Source: Candidatus Riflebacteria bacterium HGW-Riflebacteria-2
Lineage (GTDB): Bacteria > Muiribacteriota > Ozemobacteria > Ozemobacterales > Ozemobacteraceae
Length of the DNA: 64,000 bases
Assembly: GCA_002839435.1 (NCBI GenBank)
Contig: PGYA01000007.1
Span: 14,756 to 78,755 of the forward strand
Direction: 5' to 3'
Position 1 is the first letter of the stretch; each line of letters begins with the position of its first letter. Both the position numbers and the translations under genes were made by a program. Below the pieces are notes generated by a model that was given only the letters and a program-made list of their open reading frames with translations, was not told the DNA's origin and ran no database searches. Positions 59,842-64,000 of the stretch are shown here, piece after piece.

Positions 59842-61203
59842 CTAGTTCTTCATGCTGTGGACGGGAGGCGGGATACGGCCGCCGCGGCGCACGAATACAG
59901 AAGGTGAGTGGCGGCCGACTTCCATTACCGGCCCTTTGCCGAGGAGGCCGCCGAAATCGACGATGTCGCCGGCTTTCATACCGGGAACCGGAATCAGACG
60001 GCAGGCGGTGGTCTTGTGGTTGATCATGCCGATAGCAGCTTCATCAGCGATTATACCGGCGATTACATCAACCGGAGTATCACCGGGAATTGCCACCATA
60101 TCGAGGCCGACCGAGCAGACACAGGTCATGGCTTCGAGTTTTTGAATGTTGAGAGCACCGTCTTCAATGGCGCGGCACATGCCGGCATCTTCGGTAACCG
60201 GAATAAAGGCACCGCTCAGGCCGCCGGCGTAGGTAGCCGCCATCATGCCGCCTTTTTTAACGGCATCGTTGAGCATGGCGAGAGCGGCGGTGGTGCCATG
60301 GCAACCGGTGCGTTCGAGGCCCATGAGCTCAAGAATATCAGAGATCGAATCGCCTTTAGCCGGTGTTGGAGCGAGCGAGAGATCGATAATACCAAAAGGA
60401 ATACCCATCATGCGTGAGGCTTCACGACCAACCAGTTCACCCGTGCGGGTGATCTTGAAGCTGACCTTCTTAATCAGCTCGGAAAGTTCGCCGAAGTTCA
60501 GGTTGTGAGAGCCTGCCAGTGCGGCCCGCACCACGCCGGGGCCGGAGAGACCAATGTTGAGTATGGCTTCGGCTTCACCTGGCCCAAGGAATGAGCCGGC
60601 AATAAAGGGGTTGTCTTCGACTGCGTTGCAGAATACGACCAGCTTGGCGCAGGCAAGGCCATTAGTAGCACTTGAGCGTTCAGCCGCTTCCTTAACAATT
60701 TCAGCCATACGGAAAACGCCATCCATGTTGATGCCTGACTGTGAACTACCGATATTAACGCTTGAGCACACGCGGTCGGTGCTGCACAAGGCATCTGGGA
60801 TCGAATTGAGAAGAATCTGGTCGCCACGGGTAAAACCCTTTTGAATAAGGGCACCAAAACCGGCGATGTAGTCGATGCCAAGTTCTTTAGCGGCATTATC
60901 AAGGGCAATCGCAATCGGTACCGCGGTGGGTTCGGTAAAGGCGTTGGCAAGTATTGACACTGGAGTTACCGAAATACGCTTGTTAACTATGGGTATGCCA
61001 TATTTTTTCTCGAGTATACGGGCAGTCGGCACGAGGTCACGTGCCACTTTGATTACCTTCTCGTAGACTTTTTCAGCGCATTTGTGAACGTCTGAATCAG
61101 CACAGCTCATGATGTTGACACCGCACGAAATCGTACGGATATCGAAAGTTTCAACACCTACTGCGCTGATGGTTTCGATGACTTCTTCAAGAGAAAAAAG
61201 CAT
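59842..61203 (-). CDS. UPF0210 (DUF711) family protein
   Basis: End-to-end similarity to the UPF0210 family: FDIRTISCGVN, KVCSSVNIGSSQSGINM, AKLVVFCNAVEDNPFIAGSF, GTTAALAMLNDAVKKGG, GGLSGAFIPVTED and PPVHSMKN. Confidence 0.85.
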   Translation of the reverse strand: MLFSLEEVIETISAVGVETFDIRTISCGVNIMSCADSDVHKCAEKVYEKVIKVARDLVPTARILEKKYGIPIVNKRISVTPVSILANAFTEPTAVPIAIALDNAAKELGIDYIAGFGALIQKGFTRGDQILLNSIPDALCSTDRVCSSVNIGSSQSGINMDGVFRMAEIVKEAAERSSATNGLACAKLVVFCNAVEDNPFIAGSFLGPGEAEAILNIGLSGPGVVRAALAGSHNLNFGELSELIKKVSFKITRTGELVGREASRMMGIPFGIIDLSLAPTPAKGDSISDILELMGLERTGCHGTTAALAMLNDAVKKGGMMAATYAGGLSGAFIPVTEDAGMCRAIEDGALNIQKLEAMTCVCSVGLDMVAIPGDTPVDVIAGIIADEAAIGMINHKTTACRLIPVPGMKAGDIVDFGGLLGKGPVMEVGRHSPSVFVRRGGRIPPPVHSMKN

Positions 61204-61222
61204 TTATGGCCTCCACCAGGTA

Positions 61223-61507
61223 TCAGAGACGATGTTGATATCTGAAAACATCTTCGTGCTGAATGAAAACTTTGACCTGAAGCTGATCGCCCATTGTCTG
61301 CATGCGATTCTGGAATTCCTCAAAGCTGCAGTTGGCTGCAGAAAAATCGGTCATCATCATAAGGGCAAAAAGATCCTGCATGATCTTCTGACTGACGTCT
61401 TCGACGTTGACGTTCGAGTCAGCGATAGTACGGGTAATACCGGCAAGAATACCGGGCTTATTGGCACCGAGTACGGTAATAACGACCTGTTCCTTGTTGT
61501 TGTTCAC
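61223..61507 (-). CDS. ACT-domain protein (UPF0237-like), usual partner of UPF0210
   Basis: Proposed GTG start 61507 with AGGGGG RBS. VVITVLGANKPGILAGITRTIADSNVNVEDVSQKIM is an ACT fold. The longer tool ORF (to 61672) is a translation of the tandem repeat. Confidence 0.6.
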   Translation of the reverse strand: MNNNKEQVVITVLGANKPGILAGITRTIADSNVNVEDVSQKIMQDLFALMMMTDFSAANCSFEEFQNRMQTMGDQLQVKVFIQHEDVFRYQHRL

Positions 61508-61589
61508 CGGGAAGCCCCCTGTTGTCACTATTCTACTGACGCAATATATCAGATAGTTTCGACAAGGTAAAGAATCTTTTCTGCCCAAA

Positions 61590-61676
61590 TCGTGCTCGTT
61601 CGCGTAATCGTAATCGGAAAACGAGAAATAGATTAATAGGACGAAGACGATTACGAGCACGATTACGAGCACGAAA
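61590..61676. repeat. short tandem repeats (CGATTACGAGCAC units in both orientations)
   Basis: gtaatcgtaatcg ... gattacgagcacgattacgagcac. Confidence 0.7.
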
Positions 61677-61680
61677 GAAG

Positions 61681-61712
61681 GGAAATAGAAAAGTCCCCGT
61701 TTGACCGGGGAC
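61681..61712 (-). terminator. rho-independent terminator (minus strand)
   Basis: Minus-strand RNA reads GUCCCCGG-UCAAAC-GGGGAC followed by UUUUCUAUUUC. The stem is 8 bp and GC-rich. Confidence 0.6.
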
Positions 61713-61719
61713 TTTATTG

Positions 61720-62750
61720 AACTAACAGATTAGAATCGGTTTTCCTTCTTGAAGACCTTTCAGTGGGTGGTTACCAGTCACGTCACCGCTTCTGGTTTCC
61801 CCTTCTTGTCGTTACATGTCATCTAGAGTATTAACGCAATTGCACTATGACGCACATTGGTTACGCCAAGCCTAAGGCGTTCATCGCCTTCGAGGCCTTC
61901 GATACAATCACCAGACTGGAGTTAACAAGTCTTTCTATCCTCTTTTCGACTTCTGCCGACTTCAAGGTTCAACACACACTTTCATTGGTTGGATAACACC
62001 AACGCCTTCCTAGGTTTCTTCCCTCTTAGCGCCATCACTACCGGACGTGACAGACAGGATTCCGGCCCTGTCGCATTCCGCTCCCAGGTTTTCTCAACCT
62101 CTCAGCAGAACTTGCGTCGTTAGTAGCTTGCGGGTTTATTCCGCCCCGCTGGCACTTGCAGGGTAATGATCTACAGAGTTTTCCCCTGAGCCGATCGACA
62201 ACTGTTTCCAGCTGTCCTGCTCCTTCGCTGTTACTGTCTCTACACGGTCTTCTTCCAGAAATCACTGGCAGTTCCCACTGCCTGACCGTCGAACTTACAT
62301 TCACCCGATCCTGGTTTTTCCTGGCCCCTTGCTGCAAGCAGCCGGTTTCCATCTTGAGATTCAGCCAACCTTGAAGCCTTGCTCCCGGTTCAGAGCGTCT
62401 CTTACGTTGCCAGGTTTCACCCCGACTCCGCGATTACAACTCTCCTGACCTTTTGTCCTTCGGGGTATCTGGCTATGACAGCCCTGGATAAATCCTTCCT
62501 CCTTCAGGGTTCGAAACCCTCCTGGAGTTTTTCTGCTGCCGTAGTTGGTTTCTCCGACGATGCGGAGCCCTCCCCCCATGGAATTTTTGCCTTTCGACCT
62601 ATACTTCTTCTTCAGTTTCACGTTACCCGAGGTTATTTGTTCCCTTCGGGACCTTAACACCTGTTACCAGATACCAGTATCCTTCTTGAGATAACTGCCT
62701 GAAACCTGCCGGAGCTCAGAAGTATTTGCCTTGCGGCCACCGATTCTATT
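61720..62750 (-). ncRNA. candidate large structured non-coding RNA (ORF-poor ~1 kb upstream of the minus-strand terminator); class unidentified
   Basis: No ORF longer than 104 aa occurs in any frame, and the available ORFs have non-protein-like composition. Many local hairpins are present (e.g. AGGGUUUCGAACCCU, GGUCCCGAAGGGAAC). The region ends at the intrinsic terminator. Confidence 0.25.
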
Positions 62751-63037
62751 GTCAATGATCTGTTCGTTCAACAATTACAGCTTACCGCAAACCGGCAACT
62801 AAAGTCAAACATTTTAAAAAAATATTTTTAAACAACCACAAACACCTATCAACAAAGAACTACAAACAAAACATGTCTTTGGTCGGGCATGGTATGGTCG
62901 AACAATTTTAACTCTACCAGGATACTTATAGTTGTAATAGTCTGGAAACACATTTAATGTTAACGATGTAAGAAGCTGGATGTGCTGCGTTGTTCTTGAT
63001 GCACAGGAAGTAACTTTCGGTTGCGTAATCTCCCTCT

Positions 63038-63086
63038 TGTTTATCTCCAGTATGTATCATATAATTATACTTATTGGAGATAAACA
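63038..63086 (+). promoter_or_regulatory. 12-bp perfect inverted repeat (TGTTTATCTCCA-25 nt AT-rich-TGGAGATAAACA) overlapping the abiEi start: candidate autoregulatory operator
   Basis: Readable directly. The right arm ends at the ATG. Confidence 0.5.
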
Positions 63087-63679
63087 TGTTTAAAGACCAT
63101 GCATTTTTGATGCAGGAACTCAAAGACTATGCCTCGCCTCGGGCAAAGCTTACCAGAATGATCAAGAGCGGCGAAATCATTCAGGTGCGCCGGGGTCTCT
63201 TTCTGGCGGCAAGCGAAAAGGGCTATTCGCTAAAAAGTCTGGCTGCAATCATCTATGGCCCTTCTTACATTTCTTTTGAGTCAGCAGCAAGCTATCATGG
63301 ATTGATTCCTGAACGCGTCAGTGCGATTACTTCAGCGACTTACAAAAAAAATAAAAATCGCAGTTTTCATACGCCGTTTGGCGATTTTTTCTACTATTAT
63401 CTGCCTGCGGCAGTTTACCCTCATTCTGTCAGTTGTGCACAGGAAAATGGCATGAACTTTCTGATTGCGTCACCGGAAAAGGCTCTCTGCGACATGATCT
63501 ACCGCACAGGTAAGGTGTGCAGGCGCGAGGCTATGCGCCAATTGCTGTTTGAAGACTGGCGCATTGAACCAGAAAAGCTCACTGAACTTGACTTTGAGGT
63601 TTTTCGCTTTATCGCGCCACTATATCGAAAAAGAGTGTTCAGCTGCCTGCTATCGCTTTTAGCAGAGGAGCGTTCGTGA
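63086..63679 (+). CDS. abiEi: AbiEi-family antitoxin (type IV TA system)
   Basis: MFKDHAFLMQELKDYASPRAKLTRMIKSGEIIQVRRGLF is an AbiEi_4-type N-terminal wHTH. Its stop overlaps the start of the downstream NTase-like toxin. Confidence 0.7.
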   Translation: MFKDHAFLMQELKDYASPRAKLTRMIKSGEIIQVRRGLFLAASEKGYSLKSLAAIIYGPSYISFESAASYHGLIPERVSAITSATYKKNKNRSFHTPFGDFFYYYLPAAVYPHSVSCAQENGMNFLIASPEKALCDMIYRTGKVCRREAMRQLLFEDWRIEPEKLTELDFEVFRFIAPLYRKRVFSCLLSLLAEERS

Positions 63680-64000
63680 ACAGCGCCATTAAAAGCATGC
63701 TTGATCGTTATTCCTGTTCAAGCGTTGATGATTACCGCAATGCACTCAAGGAGATTGTGCAGGAAATAGCGCTTCTGGGCCTGTATCGCGGCGGGTTTTT
63801 TAGTCATGCCGCATTTTACGGCGGCACGGCTTTGCGCATATTTTATGGCCTGGAGCGCTTTTCGGAAGATCTTGATTTCAGCTTGATCAAGCCTGATCGC
63901 TCATTTCAACTCGTGAATTTTATGCGGACGCTGCAGGATGAGCTAGGTTCATACGGGCTTGAAATGACTGTCGAAGAAAAGTTAAAAAGCAACCGGTCGG
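63676..64000 (+). CDS. abiEii: AbiEii/AbiGii-family nucleotidyltransferase toxin (3' truncated by window end)
   Basis: IALLGLYRGGFFSHAAFYGGTALRIFYGLERFSEDLDFSL is the DUF1814 NTase N-terminal signature. Confidence 0.7.
   Translation, partial: MNSAIKSMLDRYSCSSVDDYRNALKEIVQEIALLGLYRGGFFSHAAFYGGTALRIFYGLERFSEDLDFSLIKPDRSFQLVNFMRTLQDELGSYGLEMTVEEKLKSNRS

Noticed and set aside
61508-61672. N-terminal extension (MLVIVLVIVFVLLIYFSFSDYDYANEHD...) of the ACT-domain ORF
   Set aside because: It is a translation of the (GATTACGAGCAC)n tandem repeat. ACT/UPF0237 proteins are ~90 aa, and a GTG with a good RBS lies at 61507.
62495-62515. tRNA/tmRNA-like T-arm (GGGTTCGAAACCC)
   Set aside because: No acceptor, D or anticodon arms can be built around it. 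It is treated as one of many hairpins in the candidate ncRNA region.

Overview
This 64 kb window looks like a chromosomal region from an uncultivated Gram-negative bacterium. By inference, the many prepilin-motif proteins and a ~1950-aa gene are typical of PVC/Omnitrophota-like genomes. It contains three separate clusters of type IV pilin-like (prepilin N-terminal motif) genes. One of them encodes a ~1950-aa pilin-like protein followed by three minor pseudopilins. Core metabolism and housekeeping genes are present: class II fructose-bisphosphate aldolase, acetate kinase, DEAH helicase HrpB and a UPF0210/ACT pair. There is an RND efflux operon (membrane fusion protein, permease, TolC-like channel). 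Three class III adenylate/guanylate cyclases are present, one GAF-linked and two tandem HAMP-sensor forms. A single flagellin sits next to a STAS anti-sigma antagonist. A secreted HExxH metallopeptidase-like protein has a degenerate tandem paralog. A GH5 glycoside hydrolase lies between secreted proteins of unknown function. Six toxin-antitoxin (TA) modules plus a standalone Uma2 endonuclease lie in accessory islets: 35.3-36.5 kb (RHH/YafQ and RelB/RelE), 47.9-50.0 kb (Uma2, MntA/HepT, MazEF) and 63.1-64.0 kb (AbiEi/AbiEii, truncated). The intergenic DNA around these islets is a mosaic of at least three families of short repeat elements (MITE/REP-like). No transposase or integrase ORF is present in the window. 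A ~1 kb ORF-poor stretch (61.7-62.75 kb) that ends at a strong intrinsic terminator on the minus strand is a candidate large structured ncRNA. No CRISPR array, rRNA or convincing tRNA was found.
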